Positions 8,754-17,353 of a stretch of DNA of 64,000 nt are shown piece after piece (position 1 is the first letter of the stretch; every line of letters starts with the position of its first letter). The position numbers and the translations under genes were made by a program. The notes under the pieces are model-generated. The model worked only from the letters and a program-made list of their open reading frames with translations. It was not told the origin of the DNA and did not search any database. Origin of the DNA: Candidatus Poribacteria bacterium (GTDB lineage: Bacteria; Poribacteria; WGA-4E; GCA-2687025); contig OY762492.1 in NCBI GenBank assembly GCA_963665845.2, positions 1,568,001-1,632,000 on the forward strand, given 5' to 3'.

Positions 8754-9308
8754 ATGACGAAAAAGAAAACGCCCCATGTTCAAATCGAGCCGCTGGAAAT
8801 GAAGCATGCCCCGTTCATACAGCGGTATGCGTCGGACGCCGCGGTCGCCGCGACGACAACGCTGCCGCACCCGTACCCCGAAAACGGGGGCGTCGAGTTT
8901 GTCAAGTACTGTCAGAGCCGTTGGGAAAAAGGCGTCTCGTTCACCTACGCCGTGATGGACGGGGACGATTTCGTCGGCGCCTGCGGAGTCGAGATCGACA
9001 AACGCGGCAGAGAAGGACAGCCGGAGATCGGGTACTGGATCGGCAAGCCGTTCTGGGGGCGCGGATACGGTTACGCGGCGGCGCGCGCTGTCCTGACGCG
9101 CGTCTTTTCAGAACAGGATTGGCAGTACGTCATCGCGCGCAGCCTGACTCACAACCCGGCATCGATACGCATTCTCGAAAAATGCGGCTTCCAGTCGACC
9201 GGAGAAGAAGAGGAGGACTCGCGGGGAACCACTGCCTTTTTCATTGTGAAAAAAGAGGATTACGAACGAATCGATCAAGCAGAGGAGAAAACCGATGGCG
9301 GAGAATAA
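8754..9308 (+). CDS. GNAT acetyltransferase, RimJ/RimL family (copy 7 of 7)
   Basis: EIGYWIGKPFWGRGYG; overlaps leuA start. Confidence 0.92.
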   Translation: MTKKKTPHVQIEPLEMKHAPFIQRYASDAAVAATTTLPHPYPENGGVEFVKYCQSRWEKGVSFTYAVMDGDDFVGACGVEIDKRGREGQPEIGYWIGKPFWGRGYGYAAARAVLTRVFSEQDWQYVIARSLTHNPASIRILEKCGFQSTGEEEEDSRGTTAFFIVKKEDYERIDQAEEKTDGGE

Positions 9309-10833
9309 AACCCCGGACCCCAACAAAACGCACATCTTCGACACGACGCTGCGCGACGGCGAGCAGGTTCCCGGCGCCAAGCTGAACCTCCATGAGAAGC
9401 TGGAGATCGCGCGCCGTCTGGAGCGGTTGAATGTGGATGTGATTGAGGCTGGTTTTCCGCGCTCTTCGCCGGGCGATTTTGAATCGGTCGCGCGCATCGC
9501 CGAAGAGATACGCGGTCCGGAAATCTGCGGGCTGGCGCGCGCCGTCCCTGAAGACATCGAAGTATGCGCCGAGGCGATCAAGGGCGCCGCGAAGCCGCGC
9601 CTGCATACCTTCATCGGAACCTCCGATGTGAATATCCAATCGCAGCTGCGCAAGACGCGCGATGAAGCGCTCAACATCGCGGTCGACGCGGTCTCTCTGG
9701 CGCGCTCCCTCTGCGAAACGGTCGAGTTCTCTCCGATGGACGCGACGCGGACCGAACCCGCCTATCTGCGCGACGTCGTGACGGCGACCATCGAAGCGGG
9801 CGCCAGCATTATCAACATACCCGACACGGTCGGATACGCCGTCCCGCGGCAGTTCGGCGAACTGATACGTTACCTGTTTGACAACGTCCCGAACATCGGC
9901 GAAGCGCGGTTGAGCGTCCACTGCCATGACGACCTCGGCATGGCGACCATCAACTCGCTCACGGCGGTTCAATGCGGCGCCCGGCAGATCGAATGCACCA
10001 TCAACGGCGTCGGAGAACGCGCCGGCAACGCCTCGCTCGAAGAATGCGTCATGGCGATACGGACGCGGCAGGACTACTTCGGCGAGATTTACACCGACAT
10101 CAACACGAAGGAGATCATGCCGATCAGCCGCGTTGTGCGCAGGTTGATGAACATGCCGGTGCCGCCGAACAAGCCGATTGTCGGCGACAACGCCTTCGCG
10201 CACAGCTCTGGGATTCATCAGGACGGGTATCTGAAAAATCCGGAGACGTTTGAGATCATGAACCCGGCGGATGTCGGCATCAGCGAAAGCAAGCTGATCT
10301 TGACAGCGCGCTCCGGACGCCGCGCGCTGCGCCACCGCCTCGAAGAGCTGGGGTATGAGCTGTCGAAGGAGCAGTTCGCCCGCGTCCATGAGCGTTTTGT
10401 GCGCGTCGCCGATCAGAAAAAAGAGGTGACCGACGCCGACCTGGAAGCGATCGTGAAGGATGAGACGCATTCGGCGCCGCCGACATTCCTCTTCAACTAC
10501 ATGCAGGCGTTGAGCGGAACGAACATTGTCCCGACGACAACGATCAGCGTCAAGCGGGGGGACGAGACGCTGGAAGCCTCCGAAACAGGCAACGGTCCGG
10601 TGGACGCGCTCTACAAAGCGATTGAGCGGGTCACGGGCATCAAGGTGAATCTGGAGAGCTATGCAATCAGCTCCGTCACGGGCGGAAAAGACGCGATGGG
10701 CGAAGTGACGGTGCGCGTTCGGCGAAACGGCGGCAGCTATGTCGGCGTCGGCGCCAGCCCCGATGTGTTGGAAGCGAGCGCGAAGGCGATGCTGGACGCC
10801 GTCAACAAAGCGGCGCATGACGAAGCGGGCTGA
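9295..10833 (+). CDS. leuA: 2-isopropylmalate synthase
   Basis: IFDTTLRDGEQ, HCHDDLG, GVGERAGNA, AFAHSSGIHQDG, C-terminal GNGPVDA regulatory domain. Confidence 0.95.
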   Translation: MAENKTPDPNKTHIFDTTLRDGEQVPGAKLNLHEKLEIARRLERLNVDVIEAGFPRSSPGDFESVARIAEEIRGPEICGLARAVPEDIEVCAEAIKGAAKPRLHTFIGTSDVNIQSQLRKTRDEALNIAVDAVSLARSLCETVEFSPMDATRTEPAYLRDVVTATIEAGASIINIPDTVGYAVPRQFGELIRYLFDNVPNIGEARLSVHCHDDLGMATINSLTAVQCGARQIECTINGVGERAGNASLEECVMAIRTRQDYFGEIYTDINTKEIMPISRVVRRLMNMPVPPNKPIVGDNAFAHSSGIHQDGYLKNPETFEIMNPADVGISESKLILTARSGRRALRHRLEELGYELSKEQFARVHERFVRVADQKKEVTDADLEAIVKDETHSAPPTFLFNYMQALSGTNIVPTTTISVKRGDETLEASETGNGPVDALYKAIERVTGIKVNLESYAISSVTGGKDAMGEVTVRVRRNGGSYVGVGASPDVLEASAKAMLDAVNKAAHDEAG

Positions 10834-11436
10834 ATGCGACCCGTCGCCGACATACAGAAAGAGATACGCGCCTGCAGCCTCTGCTTTCCAGAAGGCGGCA
10901 ACCGTCCGACCGCGGCAGGCTCCGCCTCCGCCCGCGTCATGATCATCGGACAGGCGCCCAGCCGCGCCGATGAACGCACAGGCAGGATGTTTAGCGGACC
11001 CGGCGGAAAACGGCTCCGCTCATGGCTTGAACGCGCCGGCATTGCGGAAGAGGAGATATACTTCTCCGCGCTGACGAGGTGCTACCCCGGCCCCAGCGCG
11101 TCCGGCAAAGGCGACCGCGTCCCAACGCGGCAGGAGATACGCAACTGCCGCCCGCATCTTCATGCGGAGCTGTCGGCGGTTCAGCCGCGCCTCGTTCTCT
11201 TATTGGGCGGAATGGCGGTGAAGGAGTTTTTAGGCGCCGGTCCGTTGACGCAGTTTGTCGGCAAGATTCTATCGGCGGAGTCGGCGCTGCCCTTTTCACA
11301 GCTGCTGCATGACCCGAAAAGCGCCGTTCTCGCGCCGCTGCCCCACTGCTCCGGCGCGAGTCTCTGGCTCAACAAACGAGAAAACGCGGCGCTGCTGGAT
11401 CAAGCGCTCCGCGCCGTCGCCGATGTCCCGCGCTGA
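10834..11436 (+). CDS. uracil-DNA glycosylase superfamily protein (family 4-like, Fe-S cysteines)
   Basis: CSLC, MIIGQAP, FSGPGG, RCYP, NCRPHL, LPHCSG. Confidence 0.85.
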   Translation: MRPVADIQKEIRACSLCFPEGGNRPTAAGSASARVMIIGQAPSRADERTGRMFSGPGGKRLRSWLERAGIAEEEIYFSALTRCYPGPSASGKGDRVPTRQEIRNCRPHLHAELSAVQPRLVLLLGGMAVKEFLGAGPLTQFVGKILSAESALPFSQLLHDPKSAVLAPLPHCSGASLWLNKRENAALLDQALRAVADVPR

Positions 11437-12784
11437 ACGGTACGCCGCCGCGGGCATCGTTTTGATTGGCGCCGCCCTTCGCTTCATTCATCTGGGCGAG
11501 TGGAGCTTCTGGGCGGACGAAATCTACACGCTGCGGGACGCGGCTCAGTTTCCAGAAACGCTTCGGATGAACCCGCTGCCGTATGCCGCCGTGTCGCTTT
11601 GCCTCAAGCTGTTTGGAACTTCTGAATGGTCGGCGCGGCTCGCCCCCGCGCTGATTGGCGCCGCGTCGGTTCCGTTGACCTTGGCGCTGGGGCGGCGCCT
11701 TCTCGGCGTTCGCGTCGGGCTGATCGCTTCGGCGCTGGTCGCCGTCTCGCCTTGGCATCTTTACTGGTCGCAAAACGCGCGCCATTACGCCTTCGCGTTT
11801 TTCTTCGCGCTGCTGGCGGCGTGGGCGTTTTACGCCGCATTTGAAAAGGGCGGAATATGGAGAACGCTTGCCGCCCTCGGCGCGCTGGTATGCCTCGCTC
11901 TGTCGCATACGCCGGCGTCGGTACTGTGGCTCGGTTTTGCGGGTTATGCGTTGATCCGCCGGCGGCTGCGCGCGCGATTTCCGTTTCCGCAGAAGGCTCC
12001 CCGTTTCTGCTTGTTGTATTTCGGACCCATCGCGCTGGCGGGGCTTGCGGCGCTGACGATACCATCCCTGCGCGGCGGCATCGTGTCAGGCTGGGGGCGC
12101 AATATGTGGGCGCGCGGCGCGCTCTATGTGCTGATCACCTTCGCGCATGGGTTGACCTTGCCGACCGCCGCGGCGCTCTTTTTCAGTCTGCGCGGCGGTT
12201 TTTCGTCGGCGCCGAGGTTGTTTTGCTGGTGTACGCTCGTGTTTCCGTTTTTGTTTTTTTTAATGGCGTCGTTCTTTCAGAATATCGCCGGCTACTACCT
12301 TTTCTTTTTGACGCCGTTTGCGCTGCTGTTGGCGGCGTACGCGGCGCGCCGTTCGCGGGTCGCTGTGGCGGCGCTGTTGGCGGCGGCGCTGTTTCAAACT
12401 GTTCTCTACTACGGAGCGGAAAACGGCGGACGACCCGACTGGAGAACCGCCCTGACGCAAACGGCGGAGCAGGCGGAGCCGAACAGCGCGATCTATTTTC
12501 ACGCCCCAGAACTGGGCGGCTACTATGCAAGCAAACCGAACATCCGCTGGGTAAAAATCGGTCTCAACCGCGTTCAAAATCCAGAGACGGCAGACTGGGC
12601 GGAACGCGCCTATGTCGTCTGGGACGCAAAATGGGCGTCCTCCGTAGACCCGACAGGCGCGTTTCATCGCTGGCTGGACGCAAACGGACGGCGCATCGCC
12701 CGCGTCCCAGGCTACGCCCGCGCCTCCGACCGAACGATAGAGGCGTTCTGTTTAAACAGAGCGCCGAAGGCGCGCGCGGAATGA
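11423..12784 (+). CDS. GT-C membrane glycosyltransferase (family 39/PMT/ArnT-like)
   Basis: SFWADE, FGTSEWSARL, SPWHLYWSQNARHY; multiple TM segments. Confidence 0.8.
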   Translation: MSRAERYAAAGIVLIGAALRFIHLGEWSFWADEIYTLRDAAQFPETLRMNPLPYAAVSLCLKLFGTSEWSARLAPALIGAASVPLTLALGRRLLGVRVGLIASALVAVSPWHLYWSQNARHYAFAFFFALLAAWAFYAAFEKGGIWRTLAALGALVCLALSHTPASVLWLGFAGYALIRRRLRARFPFPQKAPRFCLLYFGPIALAGLAALTIPSLRGGIVSGWGRNMWARGALYVLITFAHGLTLPTAAALFFSLRGGFSSAPRLFCWCTLVFPFLFFLMASFFQNIAGYYLFFLTPFALLLAAYAARRSRVAVAALLAAALFQTVLYYGAENGGRPDWRTALTQTAEQAEPNSAIYFHAPELGGYYASKPNIRWVKIGLNRVQNPETADWAERAYVVWDAKWASSVDPTGAFHRWLDANGRRIARVPGYARASDRTIEAFCLNRAPKARAE

Positions 12785-12857
12785 CAGCAAAAAGCGTAAC
12801 GCCGCGCCGCGCCCCTGCGTTTGTTAAAAATGCATGCATGTCGTCAAAGGGGGATGT

Positions 12858-13799
12858 ATGGGCAACTTAGAGCAGCTTCCGGAGGCGCTGGACGCTTTCC
12901 TCCGTTATCTGAAAGAGGCGCGCAACTACTCCGACCATTCCATACGCGCCTATCGAACCGACCTGAACGACTTTGCAAAATGCGCGATGGAGAACGGCAA
13001 ACCGCGCATTGAGCAGGTGAACAAGCTGCTCATACGGCGGTATATCGTCAACCTGCAGCGCGAAGGCAAAGCCGCCTCCACCGTTCAACGTCGCGTCTCG
13101 GCGATACGCTCGCTTTACGCCTGGCTCGTGCGAAACGACGCCGCGGCGTCCAACCCCGCCGAACATGTGCGGACGCCCGCCCCGCGCGCCAAGCTGCCCG
13201 AATTCTTAGACGCGGACGAAATCATCGCCCTCCTGAACGCCCCAGACAGCGATACCCCTGCCGGCCTGCGCGACCGCGCCATACTGGAAACGCTGTACTC
13301 AACAGGCATGCGCGTCGGCGAGCTGTGCGCGCTCAACATGGACAGCCTCAAACCGAATAGGACCGTCGCGGCGCGCGGGAAACGCAAAAAAGAACGGATC
13401 GCCCCGCTTGGAAAACCTGCCGTAAAAGCGATTCAAGCGTATCTCCGCCGGCGAAAGGAAATCTGTAAAACGATCAAGGAGCCGGAGGCGCTGTTCATCA
13501 GCCGAGTCGGTCGGCGCATGACCGACCGCGCCGTCCGATACCGCATCAGCGCCTGCCTCAAGAAAGCCGGCATCGATAAAAAGGTCGGACCGCACACGCT
13601 GCGCCACAGCGTCGCAACGCATATGTTGAACGCCGGGGCGGACCTGCGGGTCGTCCAAGAACTGCTGGGGCATTCCTCCCTTGCGACGACGCAGATATAC
13701 ACGCAGGTATCGACCGAGAGGCTGCGCGGCGCCTACATGGACGCCCACCCGCGAAGCCAAGCCCCGCAAAACGAAAACGGCGCTGTAGCCGACTCATGA
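12858..13799 (+). CDS. xerC: tyrosine recombinase XerC-like
   Basis: LRDRAILETLYSTGMRVGEL, GPHTLRHSVATHML, VQELLGHSSLATTQIYT. Confidence 0.85.
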   Translation: MGNLEQLPEALDAFLRYLKEARNYSDHSIRAYRTDLNDFAKCAMENGKPRIEQVNKLLIRRYIVNLQREGKAASTVQRRVSAIRSLYAWLVRNDAAASNPAEHVRTPAPRAKLPEFLDADEIIALLNAPDSDTPAGLRDRAILETLYSTGMRVGELCALNMDSLKPNRTVAARGKRKKERIAPLGKPAVKAIQAYLRRRKEICKTIKEPEALFISRVGRRMTDRAVRYRISACLKKAGIDKKVGPHTLRHSVATHMLNAGADLRVVQELLGHSSLATTQIYTQVSTERLRGAYMDAHPRSQAPQNENGAVADS

Positions 13800-15463
13800 A
13801 AAACAGGCTGAAACGATGGGTTCGACAGCCTGAAAACGCGCTCTTTGCAGGGCTGATTCTCCTGCATCTCATACCGATCTGGGCGTTCACCTATTTTCCG
13901 TCGCAGGACGGACCCGCCCATCTCAACAACGCCAACGTTCTGCGCGAATACAACCATCCCGACCGCTCCGTCTTCCGCGAATATTATGTCATCAACTCAA
14001 ACCCGGAGCCGAATTGGACGGGGCATCTGGCGCTGGCGGGGTTGATGTTTCTCGTCCCGCTGCTGACGGCGGAGAAGCTGCTTTTGAGCGTCTATGTTGT
14101 CCTGCTGCCGTTGTCGGCGCGGTATGCGGTCCGCGCGGTGAACCCTGAAAACGCGGGGCTGGCATCTCTCTCTTTTCCGTTCATCTTCAACTACCTGCTC
14201 CACATGGGCTTTTACAATTTTTCGTACAGCCTCCCGTTCTTCTTTTTTGCGGTCGGTTACTGGGCGAAGAAACAGGAGCGGTTCGGATGGCGCGAGGGGT
14301 TGATCATGGGGCTGTTGTGGCTCGCGCTGTACTTCTCTCACATCTTCACGGTCGTAACGGCATGCGCCGCGCTCGGATTGACGGTCTTGATCTTCACCGC
14401 GCTGGACATCATAAAACGGCTGCGCGGGAAGCCGCTTCATCGGGTCGGCGCGGACGGGTCGCCTGAAGAGACATCGTTCTGGCGGCTTTTCGTCTCGCGG
14501 GCGGTCGTTCCGCTGATTGCGTTCATTCCGACGCTGCTGTTTGCGTTGAATTTTCTCAACCAGAAAGGCACGAACCGAAGCGCTCGGCTTCCGTTCGAGT
14601 CGCAGTGGCGCCGCCTGCGCACTTTAGAGTCGCTTGTATCGTTCGACGCGCTGGAGGTTTGGCTTGCGATTTCGGTTGCCGCGCTGTTTGCGGCGCTGAC
14701 CGCCTTTTTGCTTTTGGTTAAAATCGTCCGCCGGGAATGGAACCGATGGGACGCGCTGCTGGTCGTGTCGGCGGCGTATGTGTACATCTATTTCATCGCG
14801 CCGGACGGCATGTCGGGCGGCGGATTCATCAGCCACCGCATGATCCTGTTTCCATACATCGCGCTGCTGCTGTGGGCGGCGGGGCAGCGCTGGCCGGTAT
14901 GGTCAAAGCGGGTTGCGCAGGGGGCCGCGGCGGCGCTCGCCATCGCGTTCGTCTGCCTGCATATGCGCAGCTACGCGCAGCTGAACGAGTATCTGGAAGA
15001 GTACATCTCGGCGGGCGACCATGTGGAGACGAACACAACGCTTTTGCCGCTCTGCTTTAGCCACCAAGGGCGCGACGACGAGGATCGGATCATGGCGCGG
15101 CGCATCGGACCTTTTCTGCATGCGTCCGGCATCATCGCGGCAAAAAGGCGGATTGTCGAGATGGACAATTACGAAGGCAACACCACCTATTTTCCCGTTC
15201 TGTTTAGACCCGAAAAAAATCCGTTCCGTCATATCGGCTCCATTGAAGCGCAGCCGCCGCAGGTCGACTTTCTTTCTTTTAATGAAAAAACGGGCGGAAC
15301 GGTCGACTATGTCTTGCTGTGGCAGCTTCGAGACCTGTATCATGAACACGCGCAGAACATCTTGCAGCAGCTGGACGAGGGCGGCTATGAACGCATCTTC
15401 GTCTCCGAGCCGAGAGGCGCCGCCCAACTTTACCGCCGACCCGGCATGAAAACAGGCGAATGA
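13796..15463 (+). CDS. polytopic membrane protein, probable GT-C fold
   Basis: PSQDGPAH after first TM, about 11 TM segments, soluble C-terminal domain. Confidence 0.7.
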   Translation: MKNRLKRWVRQPENALFAGLILLHLIPIWAFTYFPSQDGPAHLNNANVLREYNHPDRSVFREYYVINSNPEPNWTGHLALAGLMFLVPLLTAEKLLLSVYVVLLPLSARYAVRAVNPENAGLASLSFPFIFNYLLHMGFYNFSYSLPFFFFAVGYWAKKQERFGWREGLIMGLLWLALYFSHIFTVVTACAALGLTVLIFTALDIIKRLRGKPLHRVGADGSPEETSFWRLFVSRAVVPLIAFIPTLLFALNFLNQKGTNRSARLPFESQWRRLRTLESLVSFDALEVWLAISVAALFAALTAFLLLVKIVRREWNRWDALLVVSAAYVYIYFIAPDGMSGGGFISHRMILFPYIALLLWAAGQRWPVWSKRVAQGAAAALAIAFVCLHMRSYAQLNEYLEEYISAGDHVETNTTLLPLCFSHQGRDDEDRIMARRIGPFLHASGIIAAKRRIVEMDNYEGNTTYFPVLFRPEKNPFRHIGSIEAQPPQVDFLSFNEKTGGTVDYVLLWQLRDLYHEHAQNILQQLDEGGYERIFVSEPRGAAQLYRRPGMKTGE

Positions 15464-16155
15464 ACAAGCCGCCGACCGCCCCCATACCTGCAGGCTGGTT
15501 CTGGATGGGTTCCAACGACGGACCGGAGAACGAACGTCCAATGCGCCGCGTTTGGATCAATGCGTTTGAGATGGGCGTTTTCGCTGTCTCGAACCGAGAA
15601 TACGCGGTTTTTCTGGAGGCGTCGGGGCATGAGCCGCCCCCCTTTTTCCATAATCCGAAACTGAACGCGCCGAATCAGCCGGTCGTCGGACCGAGCTGGC
15701 ATGACGCGAACGCCTACATTAAGTGGCTGTCCGAGGCGGTCGGGGAGGCGTACCGGTTGCCGACCGAGGCGGAGCGGGAGAAAGCGGCGCGCGGCAAGCT
15801 GTATCAGCGGGCGTATCCATGGGGGGACGCGCTCCCGGCGAACGCTGAAGGCGGACGCCGAACCCCGCTCGAACCGGCGGACGCCTACGCGCCGAACGGG
15901 TACGGTTTATACGGCATGGCGAGCGGGGTTCATGAGTGGTGCGCGGACTGGTACGATCCTGGCTATTATGCGTCGGCGCCAGAACGCAACCCGCGCGGTC
16001 CGTCGGCAGGGGAGCGGAAAGCGGCGCGCGGCGGATCATGGCGGCACAGCGTCCGTTTCACGCGCTGCGCCGCGAGAAGCGCCCTCGCCCCTGATAAACA
16101 GTTCAGCGACTTCGGATTTCGGCTCGCGAGAGACGCTGACGACGAGGGTTCCTAG
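15460..16155 (+). CDS. formylglycine-generating enzyme (SUMF1/FGE-sulfatase) domain protein
   Basis: FWMGS, YRLPTEAE, PNGYGLYGM, EWCADW, RGGSW, GFR. Confidence 0.88.
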   Translation: MNKPPTAPIPAGWFWMGSNDGPENERPMRRVWINAFEMGVFAVSNREYAVFLEASGHEPPPFFHNPKLNAPNQPVVGPSWHDANAYIKWLSEAVGEAYRLPTEAEREKAARGKLYQRAYPWGDALPANAEGGRRTPLEPADAYAPNGYGLYGMASGVHEWCADWYDPGYYASAPERNPRGPSAGERKAARGGSWRHSVRFTRCAARSALAPDKQFSDFGFRLARDADDEGS

Positions 16156-16377
16156 ACTCCTCCTTGAGAAGGGGGCTGGGGGGTTTTAAAGGACGGGCGC
16201 GGCGGCTGCGATTCCTTAAGATTTCCGCTTACGCGGGAATGACGCGAAAAGGGCCCGGGAATGACGCGAAAAGGGCCCGGGAATGATCCCGTTTTCGAGG
16301 GGCAGGTTATGTGGGCGCGGGGTTTCTAGACTCCTCCTGTTTGTCCAACAAGTTTCAACTTTACGCATGACGCCAGC
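16152..16377. repeat. composite palindromic repeat cluster
   Basis: C/G-run palindrome + linker + dRS3-like palindrome + 22-bp half repeats + partial MITE end. Confidence 0.75.
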
Positions 16378-16379
16378 CT

Positions 16380-17207
16380 TCAACCCAGAACCGCGTCCAC
16401 CTCCGCCTCCCAGGTACCTTCCACCATGCGTCCGTATTCGTTCATGCCGCCGCTGGCTTGCGGTCCGCCGACGATGGGGCGCATTGCCGCGTTCGTTTCC
16501 CAGGACGGATGCTGCGTGAAGTCGGTATGCAGAAAGTGAAGCGCGACGCCCGCTCGGTCATGGTCGGTTCGGTTCTCTTTTGTGCAGTGGGCGGTGCCGT
16601 AGCAGAAGAAGGCGACGCCGCCCGCTTTCAGCTCAATGGCGCGTTCCCGCTCCTTTTCGTTCGGCGGATCGCATCGGATATGATGGTCGCTGAGCGGGTC
16701 GCGGTAATGCTCGTACTGCTCCTTGTAGCTGCCGGGGATGACATGGATCGTTCCGTTTTCGATGGTCGCGTCATGTATGGCGATCCACATGGCGGTTCCG
16801 CGCAGCGGGTCCGATATTTTGAAGTAGGCGTTGTCTTGGTGCCACTGGGTGCCGATGCCCTGCCGCGCCGGCTTCCAGAAGCTCTGGTCTAGATGCAGGC
16901 GGAAGCTGCCGCCGATGAGCGCGCCGACCGCTGCGGACACCTTCGGATGAAACGGCAAAGCTCTGTAAAGGGGGCTCTTGTCGTTGAGCGGTATGAGCTG
17001 GAGGTTTTGAAGGTCGCCGTCGTCTTTCCGCTTCGTTCCGTCCGCCTGAATGGCGACGTTGAGCGAAACCCCCGCCTGCCGCCTCGCTTCGTACATGCGT
17101 TCCAGTTCGGCGCGCAGCGCGTCGATTTCGCGCGGCGTGAAGAACGGGTCGATGGCGAGATACCCCTGCTCATTCCACTGCTTCAGCTGCGCTTCGGTCA
17201 ATTTCAT
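16380..17207 (-). CDS. phytanoyl-CoA dioxygenase (PhyH) family Fe/2OG oxygenase
   Basis: WHQDNAY, WIAIHDATIENG, IPGS, distal His; start at MKLTEAQ. Confidence 0.9.
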   Translation of the reverse strand: MKLTEAQLKQWNEQGYLAIDPFFTPREIDALRAELERMYEARRQAGVSLNVAIQADGTKRKDDGDLQNLQLIPLNDKSPLYRALPFHPKVSAAVGALIGGSFRLHLDQSFWKPARQGIGTQWHQDNAYFKISDPLRGTAMWIAIHDATIENGTIHVIPGSYKEQYEHYRDPLSDHHIRCDPPNEKERERAIELKAGGVAFFCYGTAHCTKENRTDHDRAGVALHFLHTDFTQHPSWETNAAMRPIVGGPQASGGMNEYGRMVEGTWEAEVDAVLG

Positions 17208-17353
17208 CGGAAAGCTCTCCTTGTTGTTGTTGGCGCGGGCGTATTGTAGCAGAAAGGCGGCGGCGTGTAAAATGCGCTGGAACGCCGCCCCCCGTAACAT
17301 ACATCATGCTTGCTGAAGAGGAGAGAGGCGGAAATGACATATTGAGCGGGAGG

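Noticed and set aside
5565-9308. Diversity-generating retroelement or integron cassette array
   Set aside because: No reverse transcriptase, no evident adenine-only mismatches, and no room for attC sites since genes overlap; the nearby recombinase looks like ordinary XerC.
12858-13799. Prophage or island integrase
   Set aside because: XerC-like size and motifs, embedded in an operon, no phage genes or att sites seen.
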